Origin: an uncultured Actinomycetota bacterium
Lineage (GTDB): Bacteria; Actinomycetota; Actinomycetes; BP-191
Direction: 5' to 3'
Assembly (NCBI GenBank): GCA_963765815.1
Contig: CAVXXT010000005.1
Span: forward strand, 150,238-214,237
Length of the DNA stretch: 64,000 nucleotides
A program made the position numbers and the translations under genes. The notes under the pieces are model-generated. The model was not told the origin of the DNA. It did no database searches and saw only the letters and a list, made by a program, of their open reading frames with translations. This document shows, in pieces, positions 48,409 to 58,424 of the stretch (position 1 is its first letter; every line of letters starts with the position of its first letter).

Positions 48409-51150
48409 GTGATCCAGCTCTCTCCGACGCATCGACGCTACGCGCGCGACCTCGTCTTCGCCGTGCTGATGCTCGGCGGGCTCCTCGGCATCGCGCTGTG
48501 GACCGACTACCCGGCCGTCCAGCACCTCTGCCTCGCGGTCGCCGGGCTCACCGCCGGCCTGTCCGCGATGAGCGTCGTACGCCGGGACAACATCGTCCGG
48601 CGGGTCCCGGGCGCGCTGCTCTTCGGCGCGGCCCTGGCCTGGACCGTGGGGGAGCTGGTCGAGGCGGCCCGGCTGCTCGCCGGCGCAGCGGTCCGCATCC
48701 CCTCGATCGCCGACGCCGGCCACTTCGGCGCCGAGGCCCTCGTCGTCGCGAGCCTGCTCACGATGGTCGGCGTGCGCCGTGGCCTGCTCCCGGTCGTCAG
48801 CGCGGTCCTCGACAGCCTGCTCATCGCCGGCTCGGTCTTCGCGGCGTCCTGGGTGCTGGTGCTGGGTCCGGCGTACCGCGCCAGCGAGGACGGCGCCGTC
48901 TCCCAGCTCGCCGTCGTCGGCTACCCGGTCGTCGCGCTCATCACCGGCACCGTCGCGCTGTACGCCGTCCTGGCCGGACGCCGCGGCCGCCGCGTGTCGC
49001 TGCCGTCGATCGTGCTGGTCGGCACCGGCGCCCTGCTGCTCGCCGTGTCCGACAGCTCGTGGGCCGCGCTGATCGCCGCCGAAACGCGCGAGCCGTCCGC
49101 CGGCGTCCTCGTCGGCTGGTACCTCGCCTTCCTCACCTTCCTCGCCGCCGCCCGTCACCCGCGGGCCGGCACCGCGAGCACCCGCATCGGCGACGACGCG
49201 GAGATCCGGCCAACCGCGCTCGGCACGATGCTGCCGTTCCTGTCGCTGCTCGTCGCGGTCGGCTTCGGCATCGCCGAGGTGGTGCGGCTGGGTCACTCGA
49301 CCGTGTTCATCAGCGCCGTCGGCGCGGCGCTGCTGGTCATCTGCACGCTGCGGCTGCTGATCTTCGTGTCGGAGACCGACCGCTTCGCCACCGACCTCGA
49401 GGACCGCGTCAACGCGCGGACCGCCGAGATCCAGGTGCGCGAGGAGCGGTTCCGTGCCCTGGTCGCGCACTCCAGCGACGTCACCACGGTCATCACTGTC
49501 GACGGCCTCATCACCTACCAGAGTCCTGCGGTCGGCCGCGTCCTCGGCCTCGGCGCGCACGAGCTGGTCGGGCGCCCGATCACCACGCTCATCCACGAGC
49601 AGGACCACGGCCGATTCCAGTCGCTGCTGCAGCGCGTGCGCGACGAGCCCGACCTGCCGATCGTGGTCGAGCTGCGCATGGCGCACAGTGCGGGCGGCCA
49701 CCGCATCACCGAGACGACGATGACCAACCTGCTGCGCGAGCGGAGCGTCCGCGGTGTGGTCCTCAACTCGCGCGACATCACCGAGCGCCGTCAGCTCGAG
49801 CGCGCACTGCAGCACCAGACGATGCACGACTCGCTCACCGGGCTGCCCAACCGGGCCATGTTCGCCGAGCAGCTCGGCAAGGCGCTCTCGAGCAGCCGCT
49901 CGGGGTCGGGCCTGCTCGCCGTCGTGGTGCTCGGCCTGACCGACCTGCACCGGCTCAACGACACCCACGGCCACGAGTACGGCGACACCGTCATCCGCGC
50001 GATCGCCATGCACCTGCGCCAGGAGGCCGGCGGGCACAACCAGGTGGCCCGGCTCGGCGGCGAGTTCGGCGTGCTGCTGCACGACGTCGGCTCCCGCGAC
50101 GACCTCGCGACGTCGATCGAGTGGCTGCTCCAGGTCGTCCGCTCGGTGGAGGTCGAAGGGGTCGCCGTACCGCTGACCGTCACCGCCGGCGCTGCCATGG
50201 CGCGCCCCGGCGACAACCCGGAGGACCTCCTGCGGGACGCCGCGCTGGCGCTGCAGCGCGCGAAGGCGGAGCGGCCCGGCGGCTGGTCGGTGTTCGACCC
50301 GGGCTCGCAGGCGCCGGTCGCCGACGCGCAGCACGGTCTCGAGGCCGACCTGCGCGGCGCTGTCGCGCGCGACGAGCTGGTGCTGCACTACCAGCCGACG
50401 GTCGAGCTCGCGACCGGGCGGATCGTCGGCGTCGAGGCGCTGGTGCAGTGGGCCCACCCGACCCGCGGGCTGCTGGCGCCGATGACCTTCATGCCGATCG
50501 CCGAGGAGACCGGGCTGATCCTCGAGATCGGCTCGTGGCTGCTGCAGTCGGCCTGTGCGCAGGGCGCCCAGTGGCAGCGGCGCTACGGCGCGGCCGGCAC
50601 GCCGTCGCTGGAGATCTACGTCAACCTCTCGGGCCGCCAGCTCCAGGACTCGTCGCTCGCCCGCAGCGTCGCGTGGCAGGTCAACGCATCGGAGATCGAC
50701 GCCGGCAGCCTGGTCCTGGAGATGAGCGAGAGCCTGCTGGTCGAGGACGACGCGGCCACCATGGACCTGCTGGTCACGCTGCGCGCGATGGGGGTGCGGC
50801 TGGCCATCGACGACTTCGGCACCGGCTACACGTCGCTGTCGTTCCTGCACCGGCTGCCGGTGGACATCCTCAAGATCGACCGGTCCTTCGTGGAGATCCT
50901 CGGCCGGGGCACCGAGGACGAGTCGACCGAGCTGGCCCGCACCGTCATCCAGCTCGGCCGCTCGCTCGGCATGCAGACCGTGGCCGAGGGCGTCGAGACC
51001 CACGAGCAGCTGCGCGCGCTGCTGGAGAACCGCTGCCAGCACGGCCAGGGCTTCCTGTTCCACCGGCCGATGCCGGCCGAGGACCTCGAGCGCGCGCTGG
51101 CCACCCAGTTCGCCCTCGGCGCCGCCGGCGAACCCGCCTTCACCCTCTGA
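48409..51150 (+). CDS. Membrane PAS-GGDEF(degenerate)-EAL protein
   Basis: Multi-TM N-terminus, PAS (RFRALV..SSD...RDITER), HDSLTGLPNR, RLGGEF (one residue missing), and EAL motifs VEAL, DDFGTGY, LKIDRSF and AEGVE. Confidence 0.92.
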   Translation: MIQLSPTHRRYARDLVFAVLMLGGLLGIALWTDYPAVQHLCLAVAGLTAGLSAMSVVRRDNIVRRVPGALLFGAALAWTVGELVEAARLLAGAAVRIPSIADAGHFGAEALVVASLLTMVGVRRGLLPVVSAVLDSLLIAGSVFAASWVLVLGPAYRASEDGAVSQLAVVGYPVVALITGTVALYAVLAGRRGRRVSLPSIVLVGTGALLLAVSDSSWAALIAAETREPSAGVLVGWYLAFLTFLAAARHPRAGTASTRIGDDAEIRPTALGTMLPFLSLLVAVGFGIAEVVRLGHSTVFISAVGAALLVICTLRLLIFVSETDRFATDLEDRVNARTAEIQVREERFRALVAHSSDVTTVITVDGLITYQSPAVGRVLGLGAHELVGRPITTLIHEQDHGRFQSLLQRVRDEPDLPIVVELRMAHSAGGHRITETTMTNLLRERSVRGVVLNSRDITERRQLERALQHQTMHDSLTGLPNRAMFAEQLGKALSSSRSGSGLLAVVVLGLTDLHRLNDTHGHEYGDTVIRAIAMHLRQEAGGHNQVARLGGEFGVLLHDVGSRDDLATSIEWLLQVVRSVEVEGVAVPLTVTAGAAMARPGDNPEDLLRDAALALQRAKAERPGGWSVFDPGSQAPVADAQHGLEADLRGAVARDELVLHYQPTVELATGRIVGVEALVQWAHPTRGLLAPMTFMPIAEETGLILEIGSWLLQSACAQGAQWQRRYGAAGTPSLEIYVNLSGRQLQDSSLARSVAWQVNASEIDAGSLVLEMSESLLVEDDAATMDLLVTLRAMGVRLAIDDFGTGYTSLSFLHRLPVDILKIDRSFVEILGRGTEDESTELARTVIQLGRSLGMQTVAEGVETHEQLRALLENRCQHGQGFLFHRPMPAEDLERALATQFALGAAGEPAFTL

Positions 51151-51229
51151 CCCCCCCAAAATTGCCCGGTCAACCGGCGAGTCAGACCCCCTGACTGCGG
51201 CTGGGGGGTCGAGTAGGCCGGTCAAGCAC
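51151..51229. repeat. Dispersed REP-like intergenic repeat, family A, copy 2
   Basis: Near-identical to 7874-7954; both copies start right after a TGA with a C-rich run. Confidence 0.85.
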
Positions 51230-51332
51230 GGCGCCGGCCGGCACGCGTCGTTGGAGATCTCACGAGCGCGGCCCGGTCGGCTCGGGAGTTCCAGCGTTGC
51301 CGTCGGCGGCCGCGACGGCGAAGACTCGACCC

Positions 51333-52481
51333 ATGAGCGACTGGCGGGGGATCGGGGTCGCGACGGCCGCGGCGGCACTGCTCGTCGTCGGGGGGACCAC
51401 CACACCGGCGTACGCCGAGGGCACGGTCGGTCAGGCCTTCCCGGCCGACTTCCCGGTCATCGACGACGCGTCGCTCGGCGTGCCGGTGATCGGCTTCGGC
51501 GGCAGCAACGGCCCGGTCACCCACACGCCGGTGATCTTCCTGCACGGCAACAACGACACGCCGTACCCGACGACGTGCAACGGCTCGTACGGCGCGCCGC
51601 AGGCGTTCGCGCAGCACTTCGCCGACAGTGGCTACACGACCAGGGAGCTGTGGGGTCTCGGCTACCAGGGCGACCAGTGCGACCTGCTGTCCGACGAGAC
51701 CCGGCGGGCGAAGGAGCCGCACAGCACCGCGGCCAACGTGGCGGACCTGCGGGCGTTCGTCCACGCGGTGCTCGACTACACCGGCGCGAGCCAGGTGGAC
51801 GTCGTGGGGCACAGCCTCGGCGCGACGCTGACCCGGGAGTGGATGCGACAGGACCGCGCGTACCCGCTCGTCCGCAGGTTCGTCTCGATCGACGGCCCGC
51901 ACCACGGCATCGTCAACTGCTCGCCCGACCCGCAGAACTACTACGTCACCCTCGGCTTCACCCCAGACAGCGCGGTGTGCCAGGAGTACGGCACCGACCA
52001 CACCGAGTTCCTCACCCGGCTCAACGCCGGCGACGAGACGCCGGGGCCCACCGAGTACCTCGCGTTCGTCAACGTCGACGCGTCCTTCGTCTACATCTCG
52101 GCCCGGGACGGCGTGCTGCCGGCGGTGCCCGCCCAGGACGCCGAGGGCAACCCGCACGAGTTCGACGACAGCGCGCGGCTGGCCGGCGCGGAGACGGTCG
52201 AGATGACCGGGCAGGGCGCGCACGACATGGCGCTGCAGGCCGCGCACACCGGGATCGTCAACTCGCCCAACGTGTGGGCGCGCACGCTGGAGTTCCTCAG
52301 CGCGCCGTACGCCGCCCCGGCGCCGACGGCCCGGCCCGCTCCGTCGCCGGCACCGCGCCCCGAGCCGGTGCCGGCGCCGGTGCCGGTCGGACCGCTGCCC
52401 GCGACCGGCGCCGACTCGACGCTGCCCGTGATCGGGCTCGCGGCCGGCCTGCTGGCTGCGCGGGGCCGCCGCCGCCGGTGA
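51333..52481 (+). CDS. Secreted lipase/esterase (alpha/beta hydrolase) with LPXTG anchor
   Basis: Signal peptide, PVIFLHGN, nucleophile GHSLG, Pro/Ala linker and LPATG-TM-RRRR. Confidence 0.88.
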   Translation: MSDWRGIGVATAAAALLVVGGTTTPAYAEGTVGQAFPADFPVIDDASLGVPVIGFGGSNGPVTHTPVIFLHGNNDTPYPTTCNGSYGAPQAFAQHFADSGYTTRELWGLGYQGDQCDLLSDETRRAKEPHSTAANVADLRAFVHAVLDYTGASQVDVVGHSLGATLTREWMRQDRAYPLVRRFVSIDGPHHGIVNCSPDPQNYYVTLGFTPDSAVCQEYGTDHTEFLTRLNAGDETPGPTEYLAFVNVDASFVYISARDGVLPAVPAQDAEGNPHEFDDSARLAGAETVEMTGQGAHDMALQAAHTGIVNSPNVWARTLEFLSAPYAAPAPTARPAPSPAPRPEPVPAPVPVGPLPATGADSTLPVIGLAAGLLAARGRRRR

Positions 52482-52575
52482 CAGTGCCGCCGGTGAAGGT
52501 GCCGGCGGGCGGGGCGGCGAAGGAGTCCGGCGTACGTCGTGTCGCCCTGTCGCCTCGGCCCCCGGAGAGCTCAGC

Positions 52576-54075
52576 ATGCGTCGCAGCACCCAGCGCCGGA
52601 CCGTCCACCTCGGCCTGCTCGCCGCCGTGGTCGGCGTCGCCGCGCCGATCGCGATCGCCAAGCCGTCGCAGGGCATCGTCTGCACCGGCGCCGAGACGCC
52701 GACGCTGAGCTTCGCCAAGCCGACGTTCATCGACCGCAACCGGGCCGGCGGCGAGCCGGTCAGCGTCGTCGCGCAGGACGGCTCGATCACCGTGTCGACC
52801 CATGCGGGTACGACGCACGCCTACAAGGACCCGCAGACGGTGGCGCTCGGCTCGAGCGACTTCCTCAACGGCTACACCAACCAGACGCTCAACTGGCGCT
52901 CCATCGACGGCGGCAGCTCGTGGCGCTTCGTCGGCACCGGCGGCACGGAGCTCGGCCCGCACTCGCCCACGTCGAGCGGCTTCAGCGACCCCGACCTGTC
53001 GATGGACGCGAGCGGCAACCTCTACAACACCGAGATCAACCTGGCCAACGTCGCCGTCTTCGCCAGCCCGGACGACGGCAAGAGCTGGCCGATCGCCAAC
53101 CCGGTCGCCTCGTCCGGCGACCGCCCGTGGGTCACCGGCGCGGGCGAGGACGAGGTCTACCTCTACATCAACGCGCCGAAGCAGCTGCTGCGCAGCAACG
53201 ACCGCGGCCTGACGTGGACGATCGTGTCCACCGCGTTCCCGGCCGACGGCAAGCTGCTGGTCGACCCGCTGCACCCCAACGGCGGCCTGATCGGCCCGAT
53301 CGGCGACGGCGGTGCGGCGATCACCGAGGACGGCGGCGTGACGTGGGAGGCCTATGACACCGCGTTCTCCGCGTCGACGCAGTTCTTCGGGACGATCGCG
53401 GTCGACCGGGCCGGCAACATCTACGCCGCGGCGGCCGGCGGCTACCTCGGCGCTGAGGACACCGAGGCCGACGGTCAGGTGGAGTTCAACTACTTCAACC
53501 GCGCGACCAAGGAGTGGCTGCCGGAGCCGATCTCGATCCCGATCCCCAAGGGCGACGCGATGTGGCCCTGGCTGATCGCCGGCGACGACGGCCGGGTCGC
53601 GGTGATCTGGTACCAGAACTTCGCCGGCGAGCCGACGAAGTTCTACGCCTTCGCCGCGGTGACCAACAACGGCGTCGGCAGCGTCGAGACCTGCCGCGAC
53701 CGCGGCGGGCGGGTCATGTCGAGCAAGCGGGTGCCGCCGCGCTTCGCGGTCGCCAACGCCAGCGGCCGCCCGATCCACGAGGGGCCGATCTGCCTCGGCG
53801 GCACCGGCTGCAACGCGGCGACCGACTTCTCCGCCGGCGACCGGCGCCTCGGCGACTTCTTCACGGTCAACTTCGACCACACCGGGCGGGTCTTCATCGT
53901 CTCCGCGGACACGACCCTGCGCGGCACGAACGGCGTACCGAAGATCGTGTCCAACCCGATCTTCATCAAGCAGAAGAGCGGGGCGAGCCTGCTCGCGAAG
54001 CCCGATCAGATCCGCCCGTCGCGCTGCCTGTTCCCCCTGACGACCTGCGCCCCGGAGCCCCGCTCCGGCTCCTAG
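52576..54075 (+). CDS. Secreted BNR/Asp-box (sialidase-like beta-propeller) protein
   Basis: Signal peptide; Asp boxes SIDGGSSW, SPDDGKSW, SNDRGLTW and TEDGGVTW. Confidence 0.82.
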   Translation: MRRSTQRRTVHLGLLAAVVGVAAPIAIAKPSQGIVCTGAETPTLSFAKPTFIDRNRAGGEPVSVVAQDGSITVSTHAGTTHAYKDPQTVALGSSDFLNGYTNQTLNWRSIDGGSSWRFVGTGGTELGPHSPTSSGFSDPDLSMDASGNLYNTEINLANVAVFASPDDGKSWPIANPVASSGDRPWVTGAGEDEVYLYINAPKQLLRSNDRGLTWTIVSTAFPADGKLLVDPLHPNGGLIGPIGDGGAAITEDGGVTWEAYDTAFSASTQFFGTIAVDRAGNIYAAAAGGYLGAEDTEADGQVEFNYFNRATKEWLPEPISIPIPKGDAMWPWLIAGDDGRVAVIWYQNFAGEPTKFYAFAAVTNNGVGSVETCRDRGGRVMSSKRVPPRFAVANASGRPIHEGPICLGGTGCNAATDFSAGDRRLGDFFTVNFDHTGRVFIVSADTTLRGTNGVPKIVSNPIFIKQKSGASLLAKPDQIRPSRCLFPLTTCAPEPRSGS

Positions 54076-55043
54076 CTGTACTGACCGGACAGGTTGTTGA
54101 CGCGGTCGATCGGCGCGAGCCCGCCGAGTGATGTGTGGGCTCGGTGATGGTTGTAGGTGTGCAGCCACTTGTCGAGGGCTGCGGCCCGTCGGGCGCTTGA
54201 GGTGTAGACGCGGACGTAGGCCCACTCCTCGAGCAGGGTGCGGTTGAAGCGTTCGACCTTGCCGTTGACCTGGGGCCGGTAGGCCGGGATGAGGACGTGC
54301 CGGGCGCCGAGTTCGGCTAGGGCTGCCTGGAAGTCGTTCGAGCGGCGGTAGTTCAGCGCGTTGTCGGTCATTACCTCTTCGATAGCGATGCCGACGCGGG
54401 CGAAGTCCGCCGCTGCGCGGCGCAGAAAGCCGGCGCAGGAAGGTCCGGTCTCGTCGGCGAGGGTTTCGGAGTAGGCGTAGCGGCTGCGGTCGTCGACGGC
54501 GGAGTGGACGTAGTCGTAGCCGATGCGCTGCTTCTTGGAGTGGGCCTTGCGGCGGCCGAGTTCGCTGTCGCGGCCGTGGGCGCGCCACCCACCGCCAGTG
54601 CGGATCTTGCCGAGCTTCTTCACGTCGACATGCACCAGCTCGCCCGGCCGGGCGCGCTCATACCGACGGATCACCCGCCCGGTGGGACGGTCCATCCATG
54701 CCAGCCGGTTCAGCCGCAGCCGGCACAGCACCTGGTAGACCGTCGAGGACGCCAGGCCGAGCCGGAACCCGATCCGCACCGGGCCGAGCTTCTCGCTCCG
54801 GCGAAGCCGCTCCACCCGGGCCTCGAGCCGCGTCGAGACCATCCGCGGCGAGCGGTGCGGGCGGCTCGACCGGTCCTGCAGCCCGTCGACGCCGTCGAGC
54901 AGATACCGCTGCCACCACTTCGTCGCGGTCGCACGAGACACGCCCATCTCGTCCGCGACGTGGGCGATCGGCCGGCCATCGCAGATCCGCTCGCACATCG
55001 TGAGCCGACCCGCCGGGGTCAAACGGGCATTACGGTGAGCCAT
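54072..55043 (-). CDS. IS481 family transposase
   Basis: MAHRNARLTPAGR, HVDVKKLG, VMTDN, NGKVERFNRTL and YNHHRAH; stop codon lies in the TSD. Confidence 0.96.
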   Translation of the reverse strand: MAHRNARLTPAGRLTMCERICDGRPIAHVADEMGVSRATATKWWQRYLLDGVDGLQDRSSRPHRSPRMVSTRLEARVERLRRSEKLGPVRIGFRLGLASSTVYQVLCRLRLNRLAWMDRPTGRVIRRYERARPGELVHVDVKKLGKIRTGGGWRAHGRDSELGRRKAHSKKQRIGYDYVHSAVDDRSRYAYSETLADETGPSCAGFLRRAAADFARVGIAIEEVMTDNALNYRRSNDFQAALAELGARHVLIPAYRPQVNGKVERFNRTLLEEWAYVRVYTSSARRAAALDKWLHTYNHHRAHTSLGGLAPIDRVNNLSGQYS

Positions 55044-55133
55044 GTGAGCCTCCTGGGCTGAAGCGGGGTGTCTAGACAGCCCTCACTTCGCCCGGAGGCT
55101 CACTTCATGTCAACAACGTCTGTGGTCAGTACA
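54077..55133 (-). mobile_element. Complete IS481-family insertion sequence (1057 bp)
   Basis: 25-bp imperfect TIRs TGTACTGACC-N6-GTTGTTGAC; 6-bp TSD CCTAGC at 54071-54076 and 55134-55139. Confidence 0.95.
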
Positions 55134-55155
55134 CCTAGCCCCCCGACCCACGCCC

Positions 55156-55205
55156 GAACGTTGAAGCGATCTGCACCGTTGTGAGCGTGCCGCGCTTCAA
55201 GGTTC
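55156..55205. repeat. REP-like palindrome, family B variant, next to IS481
   Basis: TTGAAGCG-N24-CGCTTCAA (55161-55200), extended by GAAC/GTTC. Confidence 0.65.
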
Positions 55206-55226
55206 CGGGGTCGGTCGTGCGGGGAG

Positions 55227-55652
55227 TCAGCCGACGGTGTGCTTCTCGGCGGCGCGCAGGCGCTTGGCCATGGCGACGAGCAGCTTCTTGTCCAGGCCCG
55301 GCGCGGCGGAGAGCACCGACCAGAACTCCTGGTAGCCGAGCAGGATGACCTGCAGATCGGTCGTGGCGGTGACGGTGGCGTTGCGCGGCTCGCGGTCGAG
55401 CAGCGCGAGCTCCCCGGCGTAGTCGCCCGCGCCGAGGGTCGCGATGACCTGGCCGTCGCGGGTCACCTCGGCCTCGCCGTCGACGATGATGAAGAACTCG
55501 TAGCCGAGGCTGCCCTGCTTGGTCAGCACCTGGCCGGCGGTGAACGCGACGCGCTCGACCTTCTGTGAGATCAGCGCCAGCTCGTCCTTCGTGCACCCCC
55601 CGAACAGCGGGATGGCTGCGAGGTGCTCGAGGTCGCTGTCGTGGCGGCGCAT
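55227..55652 (-). CDS. Cyclic nucleotide-binding domain protein
   Basis: LAAIPLF, FFIIVDGEAEV and GDYAGELALLDREPRNATV; no HTH. Confidence 0.9.
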   Translation of the reverse strand: MRRHDSDLEHLAAIPLFGGCTKDELALISQKVERVAFTAGQVLTKQGSLGYEFFIIVDGEAEVTRDGQVIATLGAGDYAGELALLDREPRNATVTATTDLQVILLGYQEFWSVLSAAPGLDKKLLVAMAKRLRAAEKHTVG

Positions 55653-55772
55653 GGTGCGTCCTTCCGTCGGTGCTGCTGTTGCGTGGGCTCAGCGTGGCAG
55701 GTCGCCGCCCAGCCGACTGTCAGCGACGCGACACCCGTTCGCGCGCAGTCTAGGAGCAAGGGGGCCGCCGCC

Positions 55773-56630
55773 CTAGCGCTCCTCGGTCACGAGCTCGGTG
55801 CGCGCCTCCCGGACCACGATCCGGCGGGTCGACGTGCGCGTCACGGTCTCGGTGATCGGCAGCTCGCCCATCTCCGGCACTTCCACGGTGCCGACCCACG
55901 TGGTGGTGACCGTCGCCGTGACGGTGCCGCGGCCCAGGTAGGTGTGGGTGATCGAGTGGTTCGGGTACGGCGCGCCCGGCTGGGCCGTGGTCAGGCTGGT
56001 GCCGTCGCCGAAGTCCCAGCGCCAGCTGCTCGGCGTCGCGGTCAGGCTGGCGCTGAATCCGCGGAGCGTCACGCTGATCGTGATCGGCGCCGTGTCGTCG
56101 CTCCAGAACACCGTGGGCAGGTTGACCGCGGTGCCGCCGGGTGGCTGCGACTGCAGGCCAGGCGGCGGGAGCGGCAGGTCCTCGAGTCGCTGGGCGGCGA
56201 GCTCGGCGATCTGGGCGGGGGTGGTGACCGGCTGGCGCGGGTTGCTGCAGAAGCTGTTGACGACCCGCCACGGCTGGCCCGGCCGCTTGAGGTAGACGTC
56301 GACCAGCGTGCCGCCGGTGTCGGCGCAGGCGATGACCGCCCGGGCGCAGTTGACGTCGTTGTCGCCGGTGCCGGGGGAGTTGGCGTCGCAGGCCGGGACG
56401 ATCTCCCAGCGGCAGTCGGGGCAGGAGTACGCGCCGCCGGATACGTCGTGCGCTCGGCCGTCGCTGCCGGGCACGAAGAGCCCCAGCTCGAATCCGTTGC
56501 CGGACGCTGTTCCTGTTGCCCGCCCACCGCACTCGTAGAACTGGCCGCAGCTCTGGTCCGCGCTCGCATCGATTGGACAGAGCAAAGACGCAGCTAGGAC
56601 GAGAGCAGTCGCACATCGCTGACGGCCCAT
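55773..56630 (-). CDS. Secreted Cys-rich protein with C-terminal PKD-like domain
   Basis: Signal-like N-terminus; LEDLPLPPP, VNLPT, WRWDFGDG, GAPYP and HTY. Confidence 0.72.
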   Translation of the reverse strand: MGRQRCATALVLAASLLCPIDASADQSCGQFYECGGRATGTASGNGFELGLFVPGSDGRAHDVSGGAYSCPDCRWEIVPACDANSPGTGDNDVNCARAVIACADTGGTLVDVYLKRPGQPWRVVNSFCSNPRQPVTTPAQIAELAAQRLEDLPLPPPGLQSQPPGGTAVNLPTVFWSDDTAPITISVTLRGFSASLTATPSSWRWDFGDGTSLTTAQPGAPYPNHSITHTYLGRGTVTATVTTTWVGTVEVPEMGELPITETVTRTSTRRIVVREARTELVTEER

Positions 56631-57133
56631 CGCGCCCCCTCTCGCACGACCTCTACCTCTTCGGATCCGCTTCGCGCGCGCACCTTTGACGTGATTCGGC
56701 CGGCCTTGTCGACGACGCGGTACGCGCGCCCGTCGTAGTCGACCTTGACCGAGACGACACCGGGGTACACGTCGAAAGGCTTCGTCGTGCGCACGACGAA
56801 GAACGTCTCTCCAACGACCCGGCCCGACGCCCACGTCTCCTCGACCTTCCGAGTAATGCGGGTGCACGCGCAGGTCGGCTTCTGCATCGCGCGGAGCTGT
56901 GTCGTGTCGCCCGTCGCGATGGCGTGGTTGATCTCGGCGTAGTAGCTCCGCACGAAGGCCACCGCCTCTGCCGCGATCTGCGCCGTCGTCAGGCTCGGCG
57001 TGGGCGAGGCGACCACCGACGTCGGCGTACCGCGGGTGGGGAGTACTGCTGCGCCGCTGGCGTCACCGCCGCAGCCGGCCAGGCCGAGCACGCACGCCAT
57101 CGCCACGCCGGCAACTCGGGACGGACCCCCCAC
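56594..57133 (-). CDS. Hypothetical lipoprotein (DUF6318-like)
   Basis: Lipobox LAGC, Thr/Pro linker and AVAFVRSYY..IN.A..TGDT..L......C.C; overlaps the downstream gene; start uncertain. Confidence 0.7.
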   Translation of the reverse strand: MGGPSRVAGVAMACVLGLAGCGGDASGAAVLPTRGTPTSVVASPTPSLTTAQIAAEAVAFVRSYYAEINHAIATGDTTQLRAMQKPTCACTRITRKVEETWASGRVVGETFFVVRTTKPFDVYPGVVSVKVDYDGRAYRVVDKAGRITSKVRARSGSEEVEVVREGARWAVSDVRLLSS

Positions 57134-57222
57134 GTCGGCGATTGTGGGACGAATCCGGGCACCCGGCAACGGGTCCTGTGGACCGCGTGACCAGTGTGAA
57201 AGATGTGCCGGCGACGAGGTGG

Positions 57223-57266
57223 GTTGGAGTGATAGCGCGCTCTACAAGCCGCGCGGTCACTCCAAC
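57223..57266. repeat. REP-like palindrome, family B-related, overlapping the HAD gene stop
   Basis: GTTGGAGTGA-N24-TCACTCCAAC with perfect 10-bp arms. Confidence 0.65.
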
Positions 57267-57973
57267 TCGAGGGCGAGGGGGAGCAGGTCGCGGTGGTCGC
57301 TCACCACGTGGTCGGCGTCGGGCTCGCCGGGCGCGGGCGGGTCGTCGAAGACGGCGGTGTAGCGGGCGGTCTGCATGCCGTAGGCGCGGCCGCCGCAGAC
57401 GTCGGTGCGCCACAGGTCGCCGATGTGCAGAGCTGTCGACGGGTCCGCGATGCCGAGCCCGTCGAGCGCGCAGGCGAACATCTCCGGCCGCGGCTTGCAG
57501 CCCCCGACCTCGTCGGAGAACGCCCACACCTGCACGAGGTCGTAGAGCCCGGCCCGCCGGAAAAGCTCGCGGATCACCCGCCCCGGCGAGAAGCCCGAGT
57601 CGCAGATCACCGCCACGCCGACGCCGGCGCTTCGCAGGGAGGAGAGCACCTCGACGGCGTACGGCGTGGCCCCGGCGCCGGTGGACAGCGACGCCTCCTC
57701 GAAGACCGTGGTCAGCCGCTCTCGCAGCGAGTGGTCGTCGCTGCGTCCATGGCGATCGAGCAGCCAGTCGACGATGTGCCGCGCGACGTAGGACTCCGAC
57801 CGCAGCCACGCCTCGTGGTGGCGCTGCCAGCCCTCGGTCACCTGCACGCGCGCGTCGGCCTCGGACAGCCCCAGCTCGGCGACCAGCGCCTCGACGCGGA
57901 TGTGGGCGGCCTCGGTGTCGTCGTACGCCGTGAGCAAGGTGTTCCAGCAGTCGAACGTGACGGCGCTCAGCAC
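57257..57973 (-). CDS. HAD-superfamily hydrolase
   Basis: VTFDCWNTL, FSDEVGGCKP and HIGDLWRTDV.GG...GM. Confidence 0.88.
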   Translation of the reverse strand: MLSAVTFDCWNTLLTAYDDTEAAHIRVEALVAELGLSEADARVQVTEGWQRHHEAWLRSESYVARHIVDWLLDRHGRSDDHSLRERLTTVFEEASLSTGAGATPYAVEVLSSLRSAGVGVAVICDSGFSPGRVIRELFRRAGLYDLVQVWAFSDEVGGCKPRPEMFACALDGLGIADPSTALHIGDLWRTDVCGGRAYGMQTARYTAVFDDPPAPGEPDADHVVSDHRDLLPLALELE

Positions 57974-58404
57974 ACGCAGAACTCGTTGCCCTCGGGGTCG
58001 AGCATGACGATCCAGACGCCGCCCATCTCCTCGACCTCGCCGACCTCGGTGGCGCCCAGCGCGATCAGCCGGTCGGCCTCCGCCCGCTCGATCGGCCGGC
58101 GCTCCTCGACCGACATGGACGGGCCGCCGCTGTAGCCGAGGTCGAGGTGCAGCCGGTTCTTGCCGGCCTTCGACTCGGGCACCTGCTGGAAGTAGACCCG
58201 CGGGCCGGTGCCGGCCGGGTCGACGACGGCGCTGGCGGAGTTCCACTCCGACTCGGGCACGCCCCACGACGCGAGCGCGGCCTCCCAGGTGTCGAACCCG
58301 TCGGGCGGGGGCTGCACGACGTAGCCGAGCGCCTCCGCCCAGAACCGCGCCAACGACGCTGGGTCGGCGCAGTCGATCGCGATCTGCAGGCGGTTCACGA
58401 GCAC
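57967..58404 (-). CDS. VOC/glyoxalase family protein
   Basis: GAGGAGG RBS; IDCADP.SLARFWAEALGY, FQQVPE.K.GKNRLHLD and DPEGNEFCV. Confidence 0.9.
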   Translation of the reverse strand: MLVNRLQIAIDCADPASLARFWAEALGYVVQPPPDGFDTWEAALASWGVPESEWNSASAVVDPAGTGPRVYFQQVPESKAGKNRLHLDLGYSGGPSMSVEERRPIERAEADRLIALGATEVGEVEEMGGVWIVMLDPEGNEFCVC

Positions 58405-58424
58405 CGTCGTACCTCCTCTAGCCG

